Positions 10,551-22,547 are shown, counted from the first letter of the whole stretch. The stretch is 62,296 bases of DNA, filler included, from Globobulimina sp. (GCA_003354225.1; 36 parts of 36 records of this genome joined end to end with filler, not necessarily neighbours in it), one strand, 5' to 3'. Program-made: numbers and translations. The notes: generated by a model not told the origin, from the letters alone.

Positions 10551-12044
10551 ATGATCATGTTCATGTCGAGAATATTTTGTATTTATGGTTGCGTAGTATT
10601 AGCTTTGGTAACATCGCATTTCCAGACATCGATAGAATTGTGCAATCAAATTGTTTCTGAAATATATAATAACAACACCACGATATTAAGCTTGTCAGCT
10701 CAACAAACATTGACTGAAAGGCCTGAATTATTTTTGTGGAATTTTTGCCAGCAAAAGGTTTATCCGTTTGATACAAAATGTGATTGTCGTGGCTTTAAAT
10801 TTAATTATTACCGCGGTTTTTTTGATAACGACGAATTGAATGAATATTTTGATATCGATTTACTAGATATTATATCCAATGTATTTAAATCGTTCAGAAT
10901 GTTGCAAAAAATTCGCGTAGTCCGTATTATGGATGCATATGGCAATAAAAAACAGTATACTTCAATAAATTTTACATCGGATATGTTCATTGCAATAAAA
11001 TTACAGGTTTTGCTGATTTCGGAACTAAATATCGGTTATATTGCTCCACAAATATCAAATTTGAAGGATTTGCAGTATCTTTCGATTGAAAATTGTGACA
11101 TTGGTGAAATGCCAGACACTCTTTCCCAATTATCAGAGCTGCAATATCTCGAGTTCAAGAATGTCAACGCCCAAAATGGCTATCTTCCCCCAATTTGTTC
11201 ATTTACTAAATTAAAAGTATTGAAATTATATAACAGCGCCATCAGTGAAATACCACATTGTGCCAAACATCTGAAAGCATTGGAAATTATTCATTTGATC
11301 AACTTAACTAAGCTGAAATATATTCCATTGGAACTGTTAAATTTGGAATATTTGAGTGATCTGACGATTGAACGCGCATTGCAACTCACTATGAATTCAC
11401 TTATGGAATATAGCAACATTCGTAATATTGATGAATTTAATTAATAATTTATTCGAGTATAATCCGAATGCAAAATTTCAATTTCAAGAATCCGGGTTGT
11501 GTGACAGCGTAATTTCTGACACGTTTGGCGCATTTATAAATGAAACAAAATCATGTGTTGCAGTATGCAGTCACACTGTGAATGCGTTTGGATGCCGTGT
11601 ACATGATTGGAAGGATGGTTTTTGTGGCGGAGCCTGTAACTCTGCGGCTTGTTTATATGATGGTGGCGATTGTCATCAGTTGTGTGAATGTGATAATTAT
11701 TGGCACTTTTTAGGGAATGGTGAATGCGATTTGTTGTGTAATACTACAAATTGTAATTGGGATGAAGGTGATTGTATAAGCACTATAACTTTTGATGCAA
11801 ATCGTTGCGAGTTAGCATATGAGGAACATGGCTGTAATGTAACATGGGTCTATGATGGTTGGTGTGACTCAAACTGTAACAATTTAGAGTGTGCTTTTGA
11901 TGGTGGTGATTGTGAGAGTGCCTGTGATGAGTGGCAGTTATTCGGTTTTGTTGAGAATTCAGATGATGCAGACAATAAAATATCACAATCTGAGATATGT
12001 GCAGCATGGATATTCATTGAAAGTGATCCGAGCGTTACAATAAA
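10551..12044 (+). pseudogene. Secreted or membrane LRR + Notch/Lin-12 (LNR) repeat + EF-hand-like protein, split by a 4-bp insertion at 11437-11444
   Basis: Signal-peptide-like N-terminus, LRRs (ISNLKDLQYLSIENCDIGEMPDTLSQL), three LNR repeats (WKDGFCGGACNSAACLYDGGDC) and DADNKISQSE. Deleting one TTAA copy fuses the two ORFs. Confidence 0.8.
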
Positions 12045-12398
12045 NNNNNNNNNNNNNNNNNNNNNNNNNNNNNNNNNNNNNNNNNNNNTTAATTAATTAA
12101 NNNNNNNNNNNNNNNNNNNNNNNNNNNNNNNNNNNNNNNNNNNNATGACAGACATGCAAACAACACCAATAATACAAACTTCATGTCAGGAACAGAAGAA
12201 ACAGGAACACACCACTCAGCAGTGAGACAACAAGAATGAATGAACAGAAAGTAACTAATGTTTGTTTGTTTGTTTAGTTCTGGCATTTCCGGTTCAGTCT
12301 ATTTCTAAAATTTGCATATCTCGTTGCCAAAGTATGTACGGTAAGGGATACTTAGTAAGTAACAGCTTTTTGCCAGTTTTTACGGAATTTCTCAGACA

Positions 12399-13173
12399 AT
12401 GGACCAAAATCAACCAGGTTTGTTTTGTTCTTAATACTAGTATTAAAATAATCATATTGACTGCACATATATAATTCAAAGATGAAGCAGATGCAAAAGA
12501 GCAAGATAAAGATGAAAAGGAAGTAATTCAAGATGAAGAATTTGAATTATATTATTGGAAAGGCTTTGGTGGCAGAGGCACTCCAATACGATTGTGTTTG
12601 GCCATATGTGGAGCAAAATGGGTAGAAAAGAATCAAGATAATGCAGCTGCTGTAAAAGGTGCAGACATTAAAGGCTTTCCAAATTTTGCATTTCCAATAT
12701 TAAAATGTGGAGATATTGTTATATCACAAACACCGGCTGTCTGTGTTTATGTGATGGAAAAGTATGGATTTGTAGCCTCTAATTCATTGGATAACATTTA
12801 TGCATTACAGGCGGCTTTAACTGCAGCAGATGCAGTCGGTGAATGGTTTAGTAAAATAAATAAAGCAGTTGGTTTTGGGAAATGGATTACAAATCGAATT
12901 GGAAAATTTTTAAATGTATTGGAAAATCAATTGAAACGGAATAATGATGGAAAAGGATGGTTTTTTGGTGATAAGCCAACTGTTGCTGATGTGTTTGCGG
13001 CTGATCTTATGCGGAGATATAAATTTTGTAAAGGTGATCATTATAATAACTGTAGATTTTCAGTTTTGAAGGAACATTGCCAACGATTTGAAGAATTTCC
13101 ACAAATTAAGAAATATATTGAATCGGAGCAATATAAAAAAGTCTGTGGTCAGAGCGGATTTGGTGCATTATAA
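12399..13173 (+). CDS. Glutathione S-transferase; intron 12418-12481
   Basis: ELYYWKGFGGRGTPIRLCL, FAFPILK..ISQTPAV and GWFFGDKPTVADV motifs. Splicing the 64-nt intron supplies the ATG at 12399. Confidence 0.9.
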
Positions 13174-13201
13174 ATTTAAAAATTGTAAATAAAATTGTAG
13201 C

Positions 13202-13778
13202 TCATTTCTTTTTTAACCACGATCGCCATGAATTATTTGCTTCGTTCCAGTACAAATCCTTTAATTTAATATTACAAAACTCAACAATTTTAGCAATAAT
13301 CTCCTGAGGCACATGTTCTTCCATTGCCCATTTATTCGCAACCTTTCTCCAGCCCATAATGACTTGATTTATCTCTGTATAAATCTTTAGTGCGCAATGT
13401 ATTGCATTTTCAATCTGTATCATATGCTCTTCCTCATAAATCATATCCTTACAGATTTGTTTCGCGCCATATTGAGAAACACCACCCTTGAAATACGTAT
13501 ATTTCTTCTCCAAATATGGAATACAATCTTTATTTGATCCAATGGCAATATGCCAATTTCCATGTCTTGTCCCACCTAAAAAACAATTAAATTTGAATTG
13601 ATGTTTTATGGCAATGTGTTTGATCCAAATCCAATCATTCACATCTTCAATTTCTTCCTTTCCAACATCATTTTTTAAATAATGGACAGCACGGACATGC
13701 CATCTGATTTCGTGTGCATGCAATGGCGCCGCTTGTCTGTTTCTTCTTTGTCCTCCATTGATAGGCACGACTGTATGG
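13202..13778 (-). CDS. Hypothetical protein, 5'-partial
   Basis: 188-aa ORF ending with a VPQEIIAKIVEF motif, convergent with the GST gene. Confidence 0.6.
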
Positions 13779-14155
13779 NNNNNNNNNNNNNNNNNNNNNN
13801 NNNNNNNNNNNNNNNNNNNNNNTTAATTAATTAANNNNNNNNNNNNNNNNNNNNNNNNNNNNNNNNNNNNNNNNNNNNAAACAACATAATTATTATAATC
13901 TTTATATTTTTGGGGCGCAGTGCGCTATTGTCGCGCAGATTGTATATTATACGCTATATACATTGATATATTCCTTCGGTTCGGTAGAGATTAGAGAACA
14001 AAGCTATTATTTTCTTCGATTTTGTGTGATACTTGGTGGATTTATATCGGTTTGTAAGTAAACATATATTGATCCTTATGTTTTTTACCATTTTTGATGT
14101 GTTACAGATTACGTTATTTGGACTTGAATTTGATCCATAGATTTTTTATGTCATC

Positions 14156-15139
14156 ATGGCGTCTTCGTCGTCTTTCAACACAAATAAGGGATATCAATAT
14201 GTGCTTGAATGCTTAGAGGACACCGACGAAGCAGTACAAATCGAAGATATATGGAAGGTAAACTGAAATAAATATACTTTTTACTGCATAGTAAGTACTA
14301 ACAAATAGTATTGTATAATGTACGCAAAGCTAGCAAAGTTATACTAATTTCCTTGTATTTGCCCGATTTCAGGCGATGTCTGATGGAGATAAACTATATT
14401 TTGAAAAACGTTCAAAAGTCTGGAGTACTGAGAAGTTGGCCATGTTTTATGACAAACAACGTATTCGATGCATACATGATCAGAGTTTTAAGAACATTTG
14501 TCAAGCTGTTGGATTCGATGAACACGTATGTTTAAATATTATAGATACATATATGTACGGTTTGTACATACCGGGCACATTTTCTGTGAAAATAATATCA
14601 AAATAACACTAAAATAGGCTTATCAACTGTTATTTTATAGTTTTTAATACTGATATCACATTAAATGTGTGTTATTTTTATGAAGATAATTGAACTTTTT
14701 GCTGAAAATTGCAGTTTTCGAGAATTTATGAACTTTTTGACTTTTCCTTGAATAAGCCTATGGGCTTATTTTAAGATTCGTTGTGAGAAGCCGAAAAATG
14801 CCAAAACTTAAAACAAGCCCATGGGCTTATTTACGGAAAAACCCGGTACTGACACCACATACAGTACTGCATGTCTATATATACTTGGTGTAATACTATT
14901 ATACTATTAGTACAGATATAGTAGGTATTATATGTTTTTTATTTAAGATGGACGAGGACTCGACAACAGAAAGTTCCTCTGGTGATGATGATGATGTATT
15001 CTTGTGCAAGTTTCGTCTACATGGACGTGTGAAGGATAATGAATCGTTGTCCACTTATCTTGAACGTGTCTATGTGCCAGAGCCGGAGTCGGATGATGAG
15101 GATGAATTGTTATCCACTTATTGTTATCCACATGTACGG
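14156..15139 (+). CDS. Hypothetical spliced gene; exons 14156-14257, 14373-14525, 14948-15139 (3'-partial)
   Basis: Three exons join in frame through phase-0 GT-AG introns. Confidence 0.45.
14571..14846. mobile_element. Degenerate Tc1/mariner/pogo-like MITE inside an intron
   Basis: TA-CCGGG ... CCCGG-TA termini (TA target duplication) and two copies of the palindrome ATAAGCCYATGGGCTTAT-like at ~14752 and ~14813. The left TIR is decayed. Confidence 0.55.
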
Positions 15140-15330
15140 GTACGTCAAATTTTGAAAAAAATTGCATATTTGAACACAATTTTGGAAAAAAAATTTTACC
15201 CCCCCCCGGAAATTTCGGGGAAAACCCCCCCAGGGCAATCGAGCTTGAGCACCTATGTCTCCAATTGAACCCTTGAGAGAGAGTCAGCAAATAAATTCTG
15301 ATTGAAACCAACTGCTTTTATTTCTTAACA

Positions 15331-15410
15331 CTAGCGCGTGGTCGGGCGCTCCGCGCGCGCCCGTCGCACTTGCCTCCAGAAGGACACGGGCGCGCTGCGC
15401 GCGCTCGCGT
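15331..15410 (-). mobile_element. Helitron-like 3' terminus
   Basis: The minus strand reads a GC hairpin CGGGCGC-N7-GCGCCCG, then 8 nt, then CTAG followed by T. A second GC-rich hairpin lies at ~15387-15408. Confidence 0.5.
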
Positions 15411-15771
15411 TACTGGCATCAATATGCAGTTTGAATTTCCCGCCTACAGTATCCCATTTAGATGTTCACCCCTGAGAGCTTCGAGACCACAGGCCACGCC
15501 CACTATGCTACANNNNNNNNNNNNNNNNNNNNNNNNNNNNNNNNNNNNNNNNNNNNTTAATTAATTAANNNNNNNNNNNNNNNNNNNNNNNNNNNNNNNN
15601 NNNNNNNNNNNNAAGTTCTCACCAGCAGTCAGTTTATCGTCATGCGTGGTTCGTGTATCTGGCAAACATTCAATGTCGAGTTTCGACCTCTGGATAGTAT
15701 TAATCCATTATTTCACCCTATACTAAACCTATAGAAGAAAGAAATTAAAGAAAAAACACACATATAATTAC

Positions 15772-17246
15772 TCATTGCATAGAATTGCATGTTTGCGGTG
15801 CAAAACATTGACATGTCGCATTTACAATTTGGGCCCAGAATGGGATAGCAGGCAAAGTATTGTTAGCCACACCAGTTTTAATCGGACATGAATTTGGTGG
15901 ACACGGATAATAATCCCGATTTAATTTGCCACAGCACGGATAATCAGACCATGCATATCTTACACCACTTATTTTAGTTACATCAATATTCCCCTTATTC
16001 ACAGAGTTTAAATCCACCACAACACTCAAACCATCTGTGCCTTCTTCTATACTTTGCGCAAAATACCAAACTTTTCCGATTTCCACTTCCAACGCAGTCC
16101 AATCCTGCACAATTGTATAATTTACAGATGTATTATACCACGCCACAAATGGATAAACATGAACTTTGCCATCATTCCCTGGCAAAATACTTAATGTTTT
16201 ATTAAATTGGATCACTATTTGCTTGGTTGCATTATTTAATTTACAACCAGCCAGTGCTGGCCCTATATTCTGACAGTTATCAATTGTGCTCGAGCCTTTA
16301 TATAATATGGGATAGCCAGACTGCGCTAACCTTCTTCCAACAATTAATTTAGGTCTGGGATGTATTGGCCCCATATAGAAATTTGTTTTATTCCACGAAT
16401 AGGGAGCATCGCCTTGACACGTTGGCGGTGTTAAATAAAAACAATTTTTATTCCATGGCTCACCAGTATCATAGGCTTGAGCTGCAAATGTATTTACTAA
16501 TTCTGCGTTGGGCAAATAACCAAAATTGCCCAATTGCGACCATCTAATTAACATATTAAACATACAAAGAATTTGTACACAGAACTGGAGATGTTTTGGT
16601 GTGCTATCAATTGGAATATATATAGAGCTTGAAAACAATGATAAACATTTGCGATTTGCAGAAACATTTAGGACATTGTTTTCCAATTTGCAGCAATTCC
16701 AAAAAACAAAGATCGAACAAGAAACATCTCCGTATGAACTGTACAAATTAAAGCATTATCATAACCTGAATCTTCCCATATTAATGCCATGGCCTTCTGA
16801 AGTGCCCCCAGCTAATGTGACTAATCCAAATGGAGCAGTTGAAGACGTCGTATTTGGTTCCACTGACCACTGCGATCTCCATTGTCTTAACATGAATGGT
16901 TCCATGCATCCATAGCCTGTGAAATTTAACCAACTGCCTGGTTCTTCATATACATTATTTTCACCCTGATACCATAGAAATGCTTTGACCGTCATATTTA
17001 AATAGGTAGCTACCAATCCATTGTATAAACCGCCACATTTCATATCGGGACACACTGAATCTTTACAAAATAACTGTACTGTTTGGTTTTGGATCCAAGC
17101 TTCAATCATACTGCCACCGACACTCACATCAATTAAGCCTACATCATGACAGCATATATAACATAAATATGATAAAATAATACAAATAAGACACACCTAT
17201 ATTGATATCAGTCATATTGTACACTCCTACAACTACCAGTATCTTG
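15772..17246 (-). CDS. Sialate O-acetylesterase (SASA/SIAE-like), 5'-partial; introns 17139-17196 and 16544-16765
   Basis: IGLIDVSVGGSMIEAW, LYNGLV, FLWYQGENN, IHPRPKLIVGRRLA and VRYAW motifs. Confidence 0.9.
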
Positions 17247-17346
17247 NNNNNNNNNNNNNNNNNNNNNNNNNNNNNNNNNNNNNNNNNNNNTTAATTAATT
17301 AANNNNNNNNNNNNNNNNNNNNNNNNNNNNNNNNNNNNNNNNNNNN

Positions 17347-17545
17347 GTTCCGAAATTCAAGGACTACCGACGGATGCTCGAGAAGCTCGACAAGCAGATC
17401 GACGCCGTAACGATCAGTACGCCCGACCACACCCACTACCCCGCCGCGATGATGGCCATCGAAATGGGCAAACACGTCTTTGTGCAAAAGCCGATGGCGC
17501 ACACCGTTTGGGAAGTCCGCCAGCTCATGGCCGCGGCAAAGCGGA
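17347..17545 (+). CDS. Bacterial Gfo/Idh/MocA oxidoreductase fragment
   Basis: GC-rich segment encoding FKDYRRMLEKLDKQIDAVTISTPDHTHYPAAMMAIEMGKHVFVQKPMAHT, followed by an abrupt switch to AT-rich DNA. Confidence 0.9.
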
Positions 17546-17720
17546 TGCTCCAGAAGAGGACCATCCATTATTGTAAATTGGATCAAGAAAGCAAAACTAA
17601 ATTATCAATAACTGAATCAATTGGATTCTGAAATGCAACTGCATTGATACATAATCGTCGGACTAAAATTATAAACACAAATTCTATTATTAGCCATTAC
17701 AACTTATAAACAAATACACA

Positions 17721-18980
17721 ATGTCAATCAACGTACTGTTTGCATTTTCATGCTTACAGTTTATTGCAATTCACTCATTTTATTTACCGGGTGTTCCAGC
17801 CATTAGATACAAAAAAGGCGATCCAATAACAGTAACTACAAATTCTTTAGAATCCACAGATACGCAGTTATCTTATGATTATTATTCATTACCATTTTGT
17901 GAGCCAAGTGAAGGGATTCGACACGAATATGAAAATTTAGGCGAACGACTATCCGGAGATTCAATTGACAACACACCATACAAAGTAAACATGTTAGTAA
18001 ACAAACAATGTGTGGTGTTATGTAAAAAAACTTACTCAAGAGAGGAATTAGATGCATTTGCAAATAAAATTAAAAACAATTATAACGTAAACTTGCAAGC
18101 AGATAACTTGCCCGCAGCTAAAAAAATATTAATGTTCAGCTCACAGAGGAAAGCAGTTCAGGTCGAGAATGAGTTACAAAATGGCTCCGTTGGTTTGGAT
18201 ACAAAGGAAAAGCTGGCATCAGAACAAGATTATATGTATGAGAAAGGCTATCGATTAGGTCAAATAATCCATAAACGTGTTGCCTTGAATAATCATTTAA
18301 ATATTGTTATGTTATACAATTCGAAAGGAATGATTGTTGGCGTTGAAGTTGGCGAAGAGTCTATCAATCATAATCCAGGAAATAATAACAATACATTTTG
18401 TAATTATAACGGGGATGATGGTGCCATGATAATTGACGGCCCAGATGGTTTTAATAAAATTAAATCAATGGATATCACGTGGACATATTCTGTTAGTTTC
18501 AAGCAGTCTGCCAAGAGATGGGCAACTCGATGGGATCCATATTTAAAGATGCAACATTCGCAAATTCAGTGGTTTCAGATATTTAACTCTTTTATGATTG
18601 TAATAGTATTGGCATCGTCTGTTAGTATCGTATTAACGCGTGCTTTAAAAAAGGATCTATTAAATTACACCGAAAAACAGCAGTTACTGAATGAATTTGA
18701 AGAGTCGGAGAATGATTTTGGATGGAAAATTGTATCTGGAGATGTTTTCAGAACACCAAAATATCCGTTTTTATTTAGCATCCTTATTGCAAGTGGTTTG
18801 CAGACATTTTTGATGGTATTAATATCAATTTTGCTGTCTGCATTAGGATTGTTGTCGCCTGCGAGCAGAGGGTCATTGATTAATTCATCAATCTTTTTTT
18901 ATGCTGTATTTGGATGGTTCAATGGGTATTATTCCGCACGTTTGTTTAAATTATTTGGTGGTACACCAGAAGAATTGAAC
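17721..18980 (+). CDS. TM9SF: Transmembrane 9 superfamily (EMP70/nonaspanin) protein, 3'-partial
   Basis: Signal peptide, FYLPGV, YDYYSLPFC, ENLGERLSGD, WATRWDPYL, IQWFQIFNS and GWKIVSGDVFR. Confidence 0.95.
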
Positions 18981-19080
18981 NNNNNNNNNNNNNNNNNNNN
19001 NNNNNNNNNNNNNNNNNNNNNNNNTTAATTAATTAANNNNNNNNNNNNNNNNNNNNNNNNNNNNNNNNNNNNNNNNNNNN

Positions 19081-19340
19081 GCCATTTTTATTTATGCCAA
19101 AGCAGGAATGGAATGTTGGAAAGTTTTTCTAGTGAACGACTAACTGTAAGTAAAGGAAATGGACTTATGATTCGAGAAAAGGATTTAATTGCAATAGTAT
19201 TGAATTGTACTGATTGGACAGTGACTTTCATGCAGAATGGTAACAAAATTGGATGTTTGGATTTGGAAAGAAATAAATCATATTACCCAATGGTATATAG
19301 TTGTGCTTGCAAACGAGTGCAATATAAACTTATTGCCTAA
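19081..19340 (+). CDS. SPRY/B30.2-like domain C-terminal fragment
   Basis: EKDLIAIVLNCTDWTVTFMQNGNKIG..LERNKSYYPMV pattern. Confidence 0.55.
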
Positions 19341-19665
19341 TGATTATAAGACAAGTTCGTTTGGATTTGCCATCCCAAACTGTATTGGTTTTGGTGTATG
19401 GTACTTTCTGTCATTTTCCCTTTCTATATGTGCAGTATTCCAGCAATAACTATCATCCACGTAGCCGTTTCTGTTTTTATATTTTTATTTGTTCCCATTT
19501 CGGTTGTATCTGCAGTTGAAGCAATGGTGTTTTTGTTTTTATGAATGATATACTTCTGATGATTTCCTTGAGGCGAAGTAAAATGCTAAAAACAAAATAA
19601 TCAAAACAACAATGCACATCACAAAAACATTTGTTTTGACATAAGGTAGCAAATTAAACATGAAT

Positions 19666-20714
19666 CTACAACTGGGAGTCAGCAGGGATAGTTTTCATTT
19701 TATTCACCTTTTCAACTGTATGTTTATTTGAATTTGAATGTCTCTTCTTTTGGCTATGAATATGTGGAAGAGGCGGCGTAGCACTCTTTGTATGACTTTG
19801 GCTCTCAATATGGAAATTGGAAGATTTTAACTTTTTTGACACTCTCTTTTGATTTAAATCTTGCAAATCATTTGCCGATATTCTCCTTCTTTGATATTCA
19901 ATTTCCATATCTTCGATATCCTCAATAACCGCATTCTCATTCTTATTATTCAATAAATTGGGAATAGTCCCTTTTTTTGCTAATATCTTAAACAATTGGT
20001 TGTATTGTGGCGTTCGTAGGAATCTAATAAATGAATCCCGTTGCAATAATCGCCAAACTTCATTAAATGTTGAATCAAATACATAATATAAATCATAAAT
20101 ACTCTGCTTATTATTTGAAAATTCATGTTTATCGCGGTTCGCTTTATTGAAAAACTGCGTAATTTTATACCTATTTTCAAATGATATATTGATGGAATAT
20201 TTTGTGCCAACATCGTCGCCAACATATTTCTGATGTATATACATTCCATGTCGATATGGTGACAAATCATATATTTCTTCAGCCAATGGCAACCACGACA
20301 CGTTTAATATATTATTATCTAACAATATCTCATCATAACGCGCATTCGCTGTGTTATTATTCGCATTCTCGATCGTTTGTAATGTCACTGTAAAGGAATA
20401 ACGATCTGTTTCTCGGATTCTTGTCTTCAATTTCTTGCGTATTATTGCCTTAAACTGTGACACTTCGATCAAAAATAATAAATGTTCCAATGTTAATTCG
20501 CTCATTAAATATCTGGCAAATTCTTCAAAGCCTTCCTTCGATTTTAATAATAATTTGAGAGTTAATATTTGCGATTTCTTTAGTGATTCGGATGACCGCT
20601 GGTTATTATTATTGTTATAGGCAGCGATCGAATGTCTATTTATGTCGTTTATTAATGACGATTTTATTTGTAATTTGTACCATTTATTTAATACCCATTT
20701 GCATTTAATATATG
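19666..20714 (-). CDS. RGS-domain protein (probably the C-terminal half of a 7TM-RGS), 5'-partial
   Basis: GFEEFARYLMSELTLEHLLFLIEV, IHQKYV..SINIS and VFDSTFNEVWRLLQRDSFIRF. Confidence 0.85.
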
Positions 20715-20854
20715 NNNNNNNNNNNNNNNNNNNNNNNNNNNNNNNNNNNNNNNNNNNNTTAATTAATTAANNNNNNNNNNNNNNNNNNNNNNNNNNNNNN
20801 NNNNNNNNNNNNNNTATTAGCATTAATATAAATTTCCATAAAATGTATCAATTA

Positions 20855-21547
20855 TTAACATTGAGCGTCGACATGACCGAGATATGAAGCCAGCGCTAGA
20901 AATATTGATGATAATCTGTTGTAAACATCGATAGATTTTGATTGATTGCTTATGTCGTAATATAACATTCCTATTTCATACAATGTGTTGATTTCAGTCT
21001 CATTGTTTTTATATTTATCCAAGTATTTTGTATCCATTATGTGCATTAAATCATTATCAGATAATATCTTGGTGATTTCTGCTGCTTTTTCATCATTTTC
21101 TGCCTGTTTTTTATCAATATCGACATAATTAACGTCTTTTTGTAATTGTTTTAATTCAATTTGCAATTTATCATCGTCATCAACAGTCCAATGATTTAAT
21201 AGGTTTGCAAATGGCATTAATGAATTGGCGTTTGATTGCAATAAATTATACAATTCATTCTTTGATATTCGTGCTAGAATCGGTTTTTCAAAATCTTTGG
21301 TTAACTCATTTAATATTACTTGTGGTAATTTATTGTCTGTAAATTCTTTTTCTTCATATTCTTTTTCCAATAAATCAACTATTCTCTTTTCAAATGTTTC
21401 TCGATTTGATGTTGCTGCACAAAAAGAATAATTACATTTTTTTATAAATCCATTGTAATTTTTCTTCAAAGTGAATGCAGACGAATAACAATGAACAAAT
21501 CTTTTCGTCTCATTCCATTTCAATATCTTCGCACTTATTGCTGTCAT
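20855..21547 (-). CDS. Hypothetical protein with a TPR-like helix pair
   Basis: 230-aa ORF containing TLYEIGMLYYDISNQSKSIDVYNR, with a basic N-terminus; may continue after an intron. Confidence 0.5.
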   Translation of the reverse strand: MTAISAKILKWNETKRFVHCYSSAFTLKKNYNGFIKKCNYSFCAATSNRETFEKRIVDLLEKEYEEKEFTDNKLPQVILNELTKDFEKPILARISKNELYNLLQSNANSLMPFANLLNHWTVDDDDKLQIELKQLQKDVNYVDIDKKQAENDEKAAEITKILSDNDLMHIMDTKYLDKYKNNETEINTLYEIGMLYYDISNQSKSIDVYNRLSSIFLALASYLGHVDAQC

Positions 21548-21685
21548 ATTATATTATTTCAAAAAGCAATATCATATTGTTTCAAAATGCAATATTATAT
21601 TGTTTCAATACTTACATTTCCTGGTTATTTTTATCATTCTCGAAATTGAAGCCATGATCGTTTCCGAAATATACACAAAGTATTG

Positions 21686-22423
21686 ATGACTAGTTCACCT
21701 AAAAAAGATTTTTGGCATCGAAGATCTCACGAATATAAGCGCGCAGTGATGGATGTAGAAATCTCTGAGCAAGACGAAGACGACAGCAATAGTGATGACA
21801 ATGTCGCATCAGGTAATTTTGTCGAAGACTTCATGGACAAAGTCTCAATAAAAACAATAATGAGCGGTTCCCGCTGTATTGGTCGTCACGAAGCACGATT
21901 AATGTTAGCCCAATTTCGGGACTGTAACATCGAGACTGTAACCTACGACGATCCAGGCGTATTAATGTTGGATGGTTTACCCGTCTCAGAATTGGAAGAA
22001 TTTTTAGTATCCGGTGGCGAATCATTAGAATGTGCCATCCGTGGCCCCCAAGAGGACGATTTAGTATTAACAACAGCTCAAACGGGCTATGGCAATGGCA
22101 CCGTCGCTCAAAAACAAAGCACCGCCACACTGTCTACCTCCTCCTTGCCAGTATTACGTATCATATTATCCAATTTTCGCAAATCTACAGATATCAAAGA
22201 TAAAAACAGATACCGTGTCGAATTTTTTATTGCCTATGGCACTTTGGATAAGGTGCCGAAACTGGCCATTCAAGCACAGATTCGGTCGCGAATTGAGAAT
22301 GCAATGTATTTAGATGCTGCACATCAAGAGACCTTATTAATGACTTTGGTATTACCCACAGAAGACGAGGAGGACAAACATGTGCGAAAATATAGCGAAA
22401 ATAATCCCTGGACGCAAGCATAG
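21686..22423 (+). CDS. Hypothetical protein
   Basis: Complete 245-aa ORF followed by AATAAA motifs. Confidence 0.7.
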   Translation: MTSSPKKDFWHRRSHEYKRAVMDVEISEQDEDDSNSDDNVASGNFVEDFMDKVSIKTIMSGSRCIGRHEARLMLAQFRDCNIETVTYDDPGVLMLDGLPVSELEEFLVSGGESLECAIRGPQEDDLVLTTAQTGYGNGTVAQKQSTATLSTSSLPVLRIILSNFRKSTDIKDKNRYRVEFFIAYGTLDKVPKLAIQAQIRSRIENAMYLDAAHQETLLMTLVLPTEDEEDKHVRKYSENNPWTQA

Positions 22424-22547
22424 TTTGTTGTTATTAAATAAAATAAANNNNNNNNNNNNNNNNNNNNNNNNNNNNNNNNNNNNNNNNNNNNTTAATTAAT
22501 TAANNNNNNNNNNNNNNNNNNNNNNNNNNNNNNNNNNNNNNNNNNNN

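Noticed and set aside
12431-12446. Perfect 16-bp palindrome TTAATACTAGTATTAA in the GST intron as a distinct element
   Set aside because: Short and AT-rich. It is consistent with the intron-hairpin trend but too weak to stand alone.
17347-17545. Horizontal gene transfer of bacterial genes into the host
   Set aside because: All three bacterial pieces are truncated, sit at contig starts and show no introns, so chimerism is more parsimonious without read evidence.
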